Assembly: GCA_963849945.1 (NCBI GenBank)
Contig: CAWKJD010000003.1
Coordinates: 302,818 to 366,817, forward strand
Direction of reading: 5' to 3'
Source of the DNA: an uncultured Bacteroidales bacterium
Lineage (GTDB): Bacteria > Bacteroidota > Bacteroidia > Bacteroidales > VadinHA17
Length of the DNA stretch: 64,000 bases
Shown here: piece after piece, positions 15,616 to 24,315 of the stretch
Numbering within the stretch: the first letter of the stretch is position 1
How the letters are laid out: each line of letters begins with the position of its first letter
The notes under the pieces: model-generated
Seen by the model: the letters and a program-made list of their open reading frames with translations, nothing else
Database searches by the model: none
What the model was told of the DNA's origin: nothing
Made by a program: the position numbers and the translations under genes

Positions 15616-17352
15616 TTATTCTTTAACTATGTTGGGCATCTCAAGGCCGTAACCCTTCTTCTTATTCTCTGCCTTAAGCAGGAAAGCAAAAAGTAACCCC
15701 AGAATGCCAAGGGCAGTAAATATCATCATCGGCAATGTGTAGTTATAGAAAGAAAAAACATTGCTGTACTTTGATGTCCTCTTACCATCTGCAGTAATAA
15801 AGCTGTCAATATTTCCCATTAAAGTTCCCTTTTTATCAGTGTATGAATAACGGGTAACTTTCACCTCATTCTTCTTAATTGCTTTTTTCAAGGATTTTTG
15901 AGTAATGAACTCAGAATTAATTGTATCGTTTGCAACTGTGACAACAGCTGAGATAGTTCCATCATCCTTCTTAATGAACTGCGAGATTTTGACATCTTCA
16001 TTCTTACGGCTCATCGAGCCTACCACAGTTAACGGATAGAAGTTCTTGTCAGAAACGGCGACCTGGGTAATCTGGTCTCCCTGAGTTGTAATAAAACCCG
16101 TACCTACAACAGCAAAATAACCGATGAAACAATATTTATTCAATACCCATCCTATTAATGCGGGTACACCCATTAAGCCCCAGTTCTGAACCCAGAATAC
16201 GAGCGCGTATGCAGTACCCAGCTGTTTTTCAGGAATGATTTTTGGCACTGATGGCCACATTGCTGAAGGAACAAGAGAAAACCCGACACCAAGGATAAGG
16301 ATAAGAATAATTGCAATAATCCAATGATTAAGAAAAGGAATTGTAAAGGCTACATGAACAAATATCAGCAATATAGCCCCGATAATCATTATAGTCGCAC
16401 CCTTCCCTTTCCTGTCATATAAATTACCGAAAAGAGGTGTGAGGAGTATTGTTCCAAAAGGCAGCATTGCCGGTATCAGACCTGCCCAGTCTTCATTAAT
16501 ATGGAACTTTTGGACCATCAGGTCGGTCGCGTATTTCAGGAAGGGGAAAACTGCCGAATAAAACAGGACGCACAGGATAGCGATGTACCACCAGCCTCTG
16601 TTGGTGATTATTTTCAAGATATCTGATATACGGAATGCTTCTTCGTCATCGACTTTGTTAATGGACTTATTATAAGCGATTGTTGAAGCATCAAGCTTCT
16701 TATCCATAAAAGTATAGATAAAGAAGGATATAAGTCCGATACATAACATTATCAGGCACACCAGGATAGGTGCAGAAACACTGTTAAATGCTTTTGCTAT
16801 CGGGACTGAAGTTGAAAGAGCAAGGGCCGTACCCAGTCTTGCAGTGGCCATTTCGAGCCCCATAGCCAGGGCCAGCTCTTTACCCTTAAACCATTTAACT
16901 ATAATTTTTGAAACAGTAATTCCGGCCGTTTCGACGCCAACGCCAAAAATGGCAAAACCAATTCCAGCCATCAGAACCTGAGCCTTAACGTCCCAGAACA
17001 GAACGTGCCACATCTGACCGTCAAGGCTATGTGTTGAAACAGCCCAATATTTAATGGCTGTACCAATTACCATAATTGAAGCGGCCATTAACCCTGTGAA
17101 ACGTACTCCCATCTTATCAAGGATAATACCTCCTATGATAAGCATCAGAAGAAATACATTAAACCATCCGTAGGCACTGGTAAAGAAGCCAAAATCTGAA
17201 CTATTCCAGAGAAGCTGACCTTCTAGCAATCCTTTCAGCGGGGCCATGACATCCGTAAGATAATATCCGCATAGCATTGTGAACGCCACAACTGCCAGGG
17301 CAGTCCATCTTGCAGCTTTGGAATCGGCAAGTGTCTTTCTTAATTTTTCCAT
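15616..17352 (-). CDS. MFS transporter (MFSD1-like) with an ~118-aa soluble insertion before the last TM helix
   Basis: Multi-TM MFS profile. Residues ~421-538 (nt 15739-16092; ITTQGDQITQVAVSDKNFYPLTVVG...TSKYSNVFSFYNYT) are hydrophilic and beta-rich, followed by one more TM helix. The stop codon is 17 nt upstream of pepD, so the two are probably co-transcribed. Confidence 0.8.
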   Translation of the reverse strand: MEKLRKTLADSKAARWTALAVVAFTMLCGYYLTDVMAPLKGLLEGQLLWNSSDFGFFTSAYGWFNVFLLMLIIGGIILDKMGVRFTGLMAASIMVIGTAIKYWAVSTHSLDGQMWHVLFWDVKAQVLMAGIGFAIFGVGVETAGITVSKIIVKWFKGKELALAMGLEMATARLGTALALSTSVPIAKAFNSVSAPILVCLIMLCIGLISFFIYTFMDKKLDASTIAYNKSINKVDDEEAFRISDILKIITNRGWWYIAILCVLFYSAVFPFLKYATDLMVQKFHINEDWAGLIPAMLPFGTILLTPLFGNLYDRKGKGATIMIIGAILLIFVHVAFTIPFLNHWIIAIILILILGVGFSLVPSAMWPSVPKIIPEKQLGTAYALVFWVQNWGLMGVPALIGWVLNKYCFIGYFAVVGTGFITTQGDQITQVAVSDKNFYPLTVVGSMSRKNEDVKISQFIKKDDGTISAVVTVANDTINSEFITQKSLKKAIKKNEVKVTRYSYTDKKGTLMGNIDSFITADGKRTSKYSNVFSFYNYTLPMMIFTALGILGLLFAFLLKAENKKKGYGLEMPNIVKE

Positions 17353-17530
17353 TTTAGTTGAATGAAGAATTATAAATTAGGTGTGTAAATGTATAAAAAA
17401 ATCATTCGAAATACTTATGCAAAAAACATGACAGCTGAACTTTCTGGCATAATTTTAGTTATACAATGGAAATATTAAATTTGTCCGTCTTAACTTGAAG
17501 TATTAATAAGATTATAATTACCTGCAGATC

Positions 17531-18052
17531 ATGAAGAAAGCATTTATTGTATTATTACTTATGGTACCCGCGATACTTACATCCGCCCAGAATACGCCGG
17601 TGAAATGGTATTCCATTGAGGAAGCTGTCGCACTGGCACAGGCCTCTCCCCGGCCCATATTTGTTGATGCCTACACAGACTGGTGCGGGTGGTGCAAGAA
17701 AATGGACAAGGACACATTTTCTCAACCTGTGATTGCTGAGATACTTAATTCAAAATTTTACGCGGTAAAGTTCAATGCCGAATCAAAAGACCCTGTCAAT
17801 TTTCAGGGCAGGACATTCGTTAACGACGGTAAACTGGGTCCGACACATCAGCTGGCGTACGCACTTCTGCAGGGCAAGCTAGGATACCCTACCGTAGTCT
17901 TCCTTACCGCTAAAAGTGAGTTGATAACCCCGGTCTCAGGTTACAAGAGCGCAAAGGACTTTGAACCCATGCTGGAATATTTCGGCGGCACCAGCTGGCA
18001 GAAGCAGAGCTACGAGGATTTTCTGAAGACGTTCCAGGGGAAGGTGCAGTAG
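17531..18052 (+). CDS. Secreted thioredoxin-fold protein (Thioredoxin_7/DUF255-like)
   Basis: Signal peptide, then PIFVDAYTDWCGWCKKMDKDTF, which contains a CxxC motif. Confidence 0.8.
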   Translation: MKKAFIVLLLMVPAILTSAQNTPVKWYSIEEAVALAQASPRPIFVDAYTDWCGWCKKMDKDTFSQPVIAEILNSKFYAVKFNAESKDPVNFQGRTFVNDGKLGPTHQLAYALLQGKLGYPTVVFLTAKSELITPVSGYKSAKDFEPMLEYFGGTSWQKQSYEDFLKTFQGKVQ

Positions 18053-18107
18053 GTCGAAAGTCAAAAAGTCTAATGTCTGAAAGTCCAAAGGTCTGAGGAT
18101 CAGAATA
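18053..18107 (+). repeat. Degenerate period-7/8 GTC-N4-5 array (6-7 units), directly after a stop codon
   Basis: gtcgaaa gtcaaaaa gtctaat gtctgaaa gtccaaag gtctgagg. It starts 1 nt after the TAG at 18050-18052. Confidence 0.7.
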
Positions 18108-18111
18108 TAAT

Positions 18112-18147
18112 GTAGCGACGCCCTGTCAGGGCGTCGTTTATATTTTT
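18112..18147 (+). terminator. GC-rich palindromic element, copy 2, acting as a rho-independent terminator
   Basis: gtagcgacgccc-tgtca-gggcgtcgttta followed by tatattttt. The stem is about 9-10 bp. Confidence 0.7.
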
Positions 18148-18205
18148 GGCAGAATTGTATTTACGGCAAGAGCGGGTGGCGTTTTTGATAGCAAACCTTG
18201 GTCTT

Positions 18206-19327
18206 TTATTTTCCTATTATGAAGTTTGAGGGCAGGGTCACCGTGCTGCCAAACTGATAAATCAGCGTCCGGCCCGTGTAAAGTGTCTCATTGCCTGACG
18301 AAATCCTGAAATCAACTACGTCAGGAACCCTGTAAAACAATTTGTCAGGAGCGTTAGCTTCCCTTTCGGAAGAGGCAGGCTTGACAATAAGGTTAAGGTT
18401 CCTGGTCTTGTTTGATGGTGTCAGCTCAATAAGCACCGGTGTGCCGCTTCCGGAGGCAGCCGACATTACTCCGCCGGTTTCAGAGAATTTGAAGATTGTT
18501 CTCTTCTCACCTGCCATTGAAAGGACAGGCGTGAACCATATACGGAAATGCTTTGTTTCGGTCATGCTTTTTCCGGCGAAAAGAGCCGTGTACTCTTGAT
18601 CGAGCCTGTTAATCTCCGCAATAGCCGCCCCATCCTGGGGAAAAATATTCGTCTCTCCCGTAAGTATCAGATGTTTGCCTTCGCGCAGCTCAAGGAGCCT
18701 CTGAGCAGCATCAGCCGCCTGCTGCTCCGGTGTCATCCCCTTTTTCATCTCAATGAGATAAGGAATCCGGATAAACGCTGTATCAGCTTTAACTACCCTG
18801 AAGGCCGTATCGGTCCTGGTCGAGACATATTCGTCTGCACCCATATCAGGGAAAAGCAAGGCGGAATTATCAGTGCCTCCCTGAATATTTGAGAAGCTTG
18901 TTCCTGTATATACTTCGGGATTTATGTCAAGCACCAGTCCGTTTTTTTTCAGCGCAAGGAGGTTAGTCTGCATCAGCGAAGTTCCCTGAATGATATAAAA
19001 CTGAGAAGGGTCAAGCTCTTCGACAATTCTGGCTGTCACGCCGGCAAGGGTCCATGTTTCCTTTTTCGCAGTGATTACGTTATTCAGGCCCAGCATCTCT
19101 CCGGCATATTTTGCGTAAGGCCCGGGTACTTCTACGGTTTTGCTTGCAGCAATGTCAAACTCGAAAACCGTCAGCGGCAGGGCATATACTATACTGCCAT
19201 CAGTGACCCTGGCTTCATCTCCCAGCGGCAGGATGACGATATCAGATCCTGCGTCCTTCTGCAGCGTGGTACAGCCTGCATAAATGAGGAACATGATTAG
19301 AAGCAATATACTGCGTGTTGTTCTCAT
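18206..19327 (-). CDS. Hypothetical lipoprotein
   Basis: MRTTRSILLLIMFLIYAGC is a signal peptide with a lipobox Cys. I cannot assign a family confidently by eye. Confidence 0.65.
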   Translation of the reverse strand: MRTTRSILLLIMFLIYAGCTTLQKDAGSDIVILPLGDEARVTDGSIVYALPLTVFEFDIAASKTVEVPGPYAKYAGEMLGLNNVITAKKETWTLAGVTARIVEELDPSQFYIIQGTSLMQTNLLALKKNGLVLDINPEVYTGTSFSNIQGGTDNSALLFPDMGADEYVSTRTDTAFRVVKADTAFIRIPYLIEMKKGMTPEQQAADAAQRLLELREGKHLILTGETNIFPQDGAAIAEINRLDQEYTALFAGKSMTETKHFRIWFTPVLSMAGEKRTIFKFSETGGVMSAASGSGTPVLIELTPSNKTRNLNLIVKPASSEREANAPDKLFYRVPDVVDFRISSGNETLYTGRTLIYQFGSTVTLPSNFIIGK

Positions 19328-19341
19328 GGTTTCACATTATA

Positions 19342-20871
19342 TTAAAGGTAAAGGCTGAAATTATTGAACTGTGTTTCGCGATAGGCTCTTCCAATATTCA
19401 TAAGGACATCACCGGCGATCACAGACTCTTCCGAATGGATTCTCAGGGCGACATCCCCTGCCAATCCATGAAGGTATACCCCTATCAATGCAGCATTGGC
19501 CGGATCATAACCCTGTGCAAGCAGTGCCGTAATCATTCCTGTGAGGACGTCTCCGCAACCGCCTGTGGCCATGCCCGGATTGCCGGTGCTGTTAAAGAAT
19601 ACCTTTCCGTCGGGCATTGCAATCGATGTATTTGCCCCCTTGAGTACCAATATACATTTGTGTTTTGCAGCGAATTCGATCTGTAACTCCATCAGCTGAT
19701 AATCGCTTTGCTCTGTCGAAATAAGACGCCTGAACTCCCCGGGGTGAGGTGTCAGCACGGAGTTTGGAGGAATAAGGGCCAGCATATCCCTGTTCTGCGC
19801 AATTATATTTAATGCATCGGCATCAATAACAAGCGGAACCCTGGCAGACTCAAGCAGTGTGTATAATACTTTTCGGGAGTCCGGGTCAGTACCCATCCCG
19901 GGCCCCACTCCCACGGCATCAAATCTCGTGAGGTCAGGCAGTGAGGTTACATATTCCGTACCCGGGTCAGGTGAAACCATTGCTTCAGGCAGCGCTGACT
20001 GAACCGGTATCACAGCAGCCACCGGAGTATGTACAGTCACAAGGCCGGCGCCGGTCCGGAGGGCTGCTCCCGCCGAAAGGGTGGCAGCGCCGGCCTTGCC
20101 ATATGACCCGGCTATTATCAGAGCATGACCGAATGAACCCTTGTTATCAAATTTCCTTCTCCTGCGCAAAAGAGGCCTGACATCCTCTTTCATTATATAA
20201 TGATATTCAGAGGGCATCTTTGAGATAGTCTCCGGGTGCAGTCCGATATCGATTATCTCCCATTTACCCACAAAGTCATCGTTGCCGGCAAACATAAATG
20301 ATAGTTTGGGAAACTGAAATGTAAGTGTAACCGAAGCTTTGACAATACTGTCGCGATCAGCAGCTGCGTTGTCCTCACAGAATAGCCCTGACGGTACATC
20401 CACAGATATGATATTTGCGCCTGTAAGATTTATTTTGCGGATGATCTCAGCAGGTGCCCCTGCCGGCGGCTTGCTCAGTCCGGTACCAAAAATGGCATCC
20501 ACGATAACTTCGTTCCGGCCGATGGAAGGAAAATGGTCCGGGTCAGCAAGGGTGTAAGGTAAGAGGCCTGTTCTCGTCAGTCGCTCTGAATTCATCCTGA
20601 ACTCGCTGCTGTGTGCAGAACCTGTCTCCACAATAAATACCCTGACATTATAGCTTTCTTCATGCAGCAGTCGGGCAATGACCAGTCCATCGCCTCCGTT
20701 GTTGCCGGGTCCGGCAAAAACATTCACTTTCTTTTCAGGCGGAACAATATCTTTCAGATGCTGAAACAGTGCGGTTGCAGCACGCTCCATCAGTCCGGCC
20801 GGTGTGACCGGTTCAAGACGAATTGTTGCAGCGTCAATCTCTCTGATATCTGCGGAAGTGAAAATCTTCAT
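19342..20871 (-). CDS. nnr: Bifunctional NAD(P)H-hydrate repair enzyme (epimerase/ADP-dependent dehydratase, YjeF)
   Basis: YjeF_N: AGPGNNGGDGLVIARLL. YjeF_C: GSFGHALIIAGSYGKAGAA, LTPHPGEF, NPGMATGGCGDVLTG. Start chosen at MKIFTSADIREID; a TATATTTG box lies inside the longer track ORF. Confidence 0.9.
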   Translation of the reverse strand: MKIFTSADIREIDAATIRLEPVTPAGLMERAATALFQHLKDIVPPEKKVNVFAGPGNNGGDGLVIARLLHEESYNVRVFIVETGSAHSSEFRMNSERLTRTGLLPYTLADPDHFPSIGRNEVIVDAIFGTGLSKPPAGAPAEIIRKINLTGANIISVDVPSGLFCEDNAAADRDSIVKASVTLTFQFPKLSFMFAGNDDFVGKWEIIDIGLHPETISKMPSEYHYIMKEDVRPLLRRRRKFDNKGSFGHALIIAGSYGKAGAATLSAGAALRTGAGLVTVHTPVAAVIPVQSALPEAMVSPDPGTEYVTSLPDLTRFDAVGVGPGMGTDPDSRKVLYTLLESARVPLVIDADALNIIAQNRDMLALIPPNSVLTPHPGEFRRLISTEQSDYQLMELQIEFAAKHKCILVLKGANTSIAMPDGKVFFNSTGNPGMATGGCGDVLTGMITALLAQGYDPANAALIGVYLHGLAGDVALRIHSEESVIAGDVLMNIGRAYRETQFNNFSLYL

Positions 20872-20897
20872 ATAGTATGTATTCAGTAAGGTTAGTG

Positions 20898-20905
20898 CAA
20901 ATATA
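20898..20905 (-). promoter_or_regulatory. -7 promoter box (TATATTTG) for nnr
   Basis: The reverse complement of caaatata is TATATTTG. It lies about 25 nt upstream of the ATG at 20871. Confidence 0.45.
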
Positions 20906-20971
20906 TGAATAGATGATGCAAAATTATTGCGGCTCTGATTTATTGTATTCCCGTCAAACAAAAAAGATTAA

Positions 20972-20979
20972 TATATTTG
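20972..20979 (+). promoter_or_regulatory. -7 promoter box (TATATTTG) for the POT transporter
   Basis: It overlaps the TTG start used by the track (20977). The first ATG follows at 21019. Confidence 0.45.
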
Positions 20980-21018
20980 CCTGCTTCACAGTTGAAAAAC
21001 CAATTAAAAAGGAAATCT

Positions 21019-22803
21019 ATGCTTAAAAATCACCCGAAAGGACTTATAGTTGCCTTTTTTGCCAATATGGGAGAAAGGTTTGGCTTCTACACCATGATGG
21101 CAATTCTGGTGCTTTTCCTGCAGGCCAAATTTGGACTGTCATCGGAAAATGCATCTGGCATTTATAGCTGGTTCTATTTTGCAATTTATGCTCTTGCCCT
21201 GTTTGGTGGTATCCTGGCAGATGCTACAAGCAAGTATAAGACAGTTATCCTTGCCGGTATAATAGTAATGTTTTCCGGGTATGTTTGCATGGCCATTCCG
21301 GGAATGACCTTGACTTTTACCGTTATGGCACTTTTTACCATTGCGTTGGGCAACGGTCTCTTTAAAGGAAACCTACAGGCAGTTGTCGGACAGATGTACG
21401 ATGACCCCAGATACTCAAAACTCAGGGACTCGGCATTCATGATTTTTTATATGGGTATTAATGTAGGAGCGGTCTTTGCCCCATTTGCAGCAACAGGAAT
21501 CAGAAACTGGTGGCTTAAGGCCAATGGATATTTGCATGACGGCAGTCTACCTGCACTGTGCCATCAGTTCAACAAGAATACGTTGACAGATACAACGACT
21601 TTCCAGCAGCTTGCCGACAAGGTCAACATTGCGGGACCGGTAACTGATCTGAGTGCCTTTGCAAACAATTATCTGGAAGTTTTCACAAGAGGTTACAATT
21701 ACGCTTTCGCAATTGCTGCAGGAGCAATGGTGGTCTCACTGATTATTTATGTATCCTTCAAAAAACGGCTGCCAGGTAAAGAAAAGGTTATCAAAGAGGA
21801 AAAGGGTGAAAAAGCCCAGTTTAAACCATGGGCTTTGATAGGCGCCGCGATTGCCATGGGCCTCACTGCATTTGCACTTTCATTCCTTGTTGACTATAAA
21901 GATGCGCTCGCATACGGATTGTTTGCTGGTTTTGTCGTTTGGATCCTCGTCAGCGCCAAAAAAGAGGAGATGTCACGTGTTACGGCATTAATAATGGTAT
22001 TCATCGTTTGTATTTTCTTCTGGATGTCATTTCATCAGAACGGCCTTACGCTTACATGGTTTGCAAGAGATTATACTGCAAAAGAGGTTAGCTCATTTTC
22101 TTATCTCTTTTTCACATTGCCCTCATTACTGGCAGTAGTGGGCTCCATTCTCGGGCTGTTTCTCCTTGTTAAGAAAACAAGCACACCCAAAACCAGGCTT
22201 ATTGGCGGGATATTGTTTGTTATAGCATTGGTATTTGCGTGTTTCAGGGTAGTAAAGGCAAACGATATGAACCCGATTTCACCTGAAATCTTCCAGATGT
22301 TTAATCCATTGTTCGTAGTGTCGCTGACATTCCCGGTAATGGCGCTGTTTGCATGGATGAGCAAAAAGAATATTGAACCTTCGACGCCTAAAAAAATAGG
22401 TTTTGGGATGATTATAGCATCTCTTGGATATGTTGTTATGCTTCTTTCATCCGTTTCCCTGCCTTCTCAGTTGTCACTTGCAGGCTCACCTGTTCCTGAA
22501 GCGGCACGCGTTACTCCGTACTGGCTCATAAGCACATATCTCGTTCTGACTGTGGCAGAACTTTTCCTGAGCCCGATGGGACTATCATTTGTCTCCAAAG
22601 TGGCTCCGTCCCGCTTTCAGGGTCTTATGCAGGGTGGATGGCTTCTGGCAACAGCAGTGGGTAATAAACTGCTAAGCGTACCGGGCAAACTCTATGATAA
22701 GATCGAACTATGGCAACTTTGGCTGGTATTCATTGTATGTTGTCTGGTTGCAGCCACATTCATATTCTCAATAATGAAACGGCTTGAAAGCGCCACAAAA
22801 TAA
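21019..22803 (+). CDS. Proton-dependent oligopeptide transporter (POT/PTR2, DtpT-like)
   Basis: FFANMGERFGFYTMMAILVLFL (PTR2 signature ExxERFxYY-like) and ADATSKYKTVILAGIIVM. About 14 TM helices with a central insertion. Confidence 0.9.
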   Translation: MLKNHPKGLIVAFFANMGERFGFYTMMAILVLFLQAKFGLSSENASGIYSWFYFAIYALALFGGILADATSKYKTVILAGIIVMFSGYVCMAIPGMTLTFTVMALFTIALGNGLFKGNLQAVVGQMYDDPRYSKLRDSAFMIFYMGINVGAVFAPFAATGIRNWWLKANGYLHDGSLPALCHQFNKNTLTDTTTFQQLADKVNIAGPVTDLSAFANNYLEVFTRGYNYAFAIAAGAMVVSLIIYVSFKKRLPGKEKVIKEEKGEKAQFKPWALIGAAIAMGLTAFALSFLVDYKDALAYGLFAGFVVWILVSAKKEEMSRVTALIMVFIVCIFFWMSFHQNGLTLTWFARDYTAKEVSSFSYLFFTLPSLLAVVGSILGLFLLVKKTSTPKTRLIGGILFVIALVFACFRVVKANDMNPISPEIFQMFNPLFVVSLTFPVMALFAWMSKKNIEPSTPKKIGFGMIIASLGYVVMLLSSVSLPSQLSLAGSPVPEAARVTPYWLISTYLVLTVAELFLSPMGLSFVSKVAPSRFQGLMQGGWLLATAVGNKLLSVPGKLYDKIELWQLWLVFIVCCLVAATFIFSIMKRLESATK

Positions 22804-22822
22804 GAAATACTGAACTGAAAAA

Positions 22823-22852
22823 GAGAGCCGGGATTCCGGTTCTCTTTTTTTT
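22823..22852 (+). terminator. Rho-independent terminator
   Basis: gagagccgg-gatt-ccggttctc (one G-U pair) followed by T8. Confidence 0.75.
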
Positions 22853-22898
22853 CATTTGTTATTGCCTGTTACATCTGTAATGAAAAAGGAATAAATTA

Positions 22899-22906
22899 TA
22901 TATTTG
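22899..22906 (+). promoter_or_regulatory. -7 promoter box (TATATTTG)
   Basis: About 22 nt upstream of the ATG at 22929. Confidence 0.45.
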
Positions 22907-22928
22907 TCAGACTAAAATATTAGTAGTA

Positions 22929-23159
22929 ATGAGCGGCGGAAAAATGTATGACAAGGTTTTTGCAGTCTTTGGCACAGTTATGGTCTTCTTCTATTTTGGC
23001 CTTGGCTTTTTTATCCTGACTACTACGCTCTTGACTATGGACAGGGCACTCCGGATAGTGTTCTCTGTTCCCCTTTTCCTGTATGCCATTTACAGAGCTT
23101 TTATGTCATACGAAAAGATCAGGGATAGCTTTTTCTCAAAAGATGAAGACGAAGAATAA
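22929..23159 (+). CDS. Small two-TM membrane protein, hypothetical
   Basis: 76 aa with two hydrophobic helices and an acidic tail (KDEDEE). It has its own promoter box. Confidence 0.55.
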   Translation: MSGGKMYDKVFAVFGTVMVFFYFGLGFFILTTTLLTMDRALRIVFSVPLFLYAIYRAFMSYEKIRDSFFSKDEDEE

Positions 23160-23337
23160 TTTATGCTTTTTTACCGGGGGTCAGGGCCTGCCTTGACGGT
23201 CTTATTTAATAATGGCACAGGCTTTGCATCAGATCTTATATAATTTAACAGGGAAATTTAGCACCTTAACAAAAAACAAGATAAAGAGATAATTATTAAT
23301 ATTGTGACTAATGTTATTTTGAAAAACAGGCAGGATT

Positions 23338-24300
23338 ATGAATAATTATCAAAAATATAAAAAAATAGTAGGATCAGCGGCAGTAATAGGATTTACGGCG
23401 CTGCTTCTTCTCAGCTGCAAAAATAAAGGCACTCCGGCTTTGCAGGAAACACCTACCTCAGGCAATATTAAAATTGAGGCTGATGAATCTTTTCAACCCA
23501 TTGTTGAGACACAGCTGGCAACCTTTTCAGTTCTTTATAAAAATGCTCACATCACTCCTGTTTACAAGCCTGAGAGTGAGCTCGTGGCTGATTTCCTGAA
23601 TGATTCAATAAAAGTTATTGTGACGTCCTGGGCACCGACCGAGGAGCAGAAAAAGACGCTGCTTGCGGCACAGACTGTTGTGCGCACCAACGTGGTGGCG
23701 TATGATGCCCTGGCCCTTGTACTGAATAAAAGCAATAAAGACTCGCTTCTTACATATGATAATGTGAGTGATATTTTCACCGGTAAGATCACTGACTGGA
23801 ATCAGATTAACAGTGCATCAAAGCTTGGTAAGATAAGCGTAATCTTTGACAACACCCGTTCCGGAAATATCAGATATTTCAGAGAGAAATTTAAACTCCC
23901 GCAGCAGCTTGCGGCCAACTTCTATGCCGTAAACAACAACCCGGAAGTTATTGAATATGTCTCTAAGACTCCGGGGGCAGTTGGTATCGTAAGTGTAAAC
24001 TGGATAAGTGACAAAGATGACTCTCTCAGTGTAAGTTTCACAAAAAAAATAAAGGTTGCAGCAATTTCACTTCCCTATCTTGACCAGTTATTGTTCTATC
24101 TGCCTGTGCAGGGCTCAATCTACGATAAGACCTATCCGTTTGTCAGAGAGGTTAATATATGTTCAAGGGAGTCATTTACAGGACTTGGCTCGGGATTTGT
24201 AAGCTTTGTATCAGGAGAAAAGGGACAAAGAATAATACTTAAGTCAGGTCTCGTACCCGCTACGATGCCGATCAGGATTATACAAGTAAAAAATGAGTAA
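23338..24300 (+). CDS. PstS-family (PBP-like) substrate-binding lipoprotein
   Basis: LLLSC lipobox, then SGNIKIEADESFQPIVE...VVAYDALALVLNKSN...GAVGIVSVNWI. This pattern is typical of phosphate-binding-protein-fold proteins encoded next to Bacteroidota exbBD-tonB. Confidence 0.75.
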   Translation: MNNYQKYKKIVGSAAVIGFTALLLLSCKNKGTPALQETPTSGNIKIEADESFQPIVETQLATFSVLYKNAHITPVYKPESELVADFLNDSIKVIVTSWAPTEEQKKTLLAAQTVVRTNVVAYDALALVLNKSNKDSLLTYDNVSDIFTGKITDWNQINSASKLGKISVIFDNTRSGNIRYFREKFKLPQQLAANFYAVNNNPEVIEYVSKTPGAVGIVSVNWISDKDDSLSVSFTKKIKVAAISLPYLDQLLFYLPVQGSIYDKTYPFVREVNICSRESFTGLGSGFVSFVSGEKGQRIILKSGLVPATMPIRIIQVKNE

Positions 24301-24315
24301 CTAAACCAGATAAAG

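Noticed and set aside
20977-21018. N-terminal extensions from TTG/GTG starts in the ORF track (also 26587, 36549, 43467, 56784, 60698, 4548, 3869, 20961)
   Set aside because: In several cases the extension contains or overlaps the TAnnTTTG promoter box (shown for 20977, 26587, 56784, 4548 and 20961). In all of them an ATG giving a canonical N-terminus (signal peptide, Tat motif or conserved start) follows. The shorter starts were preferred.
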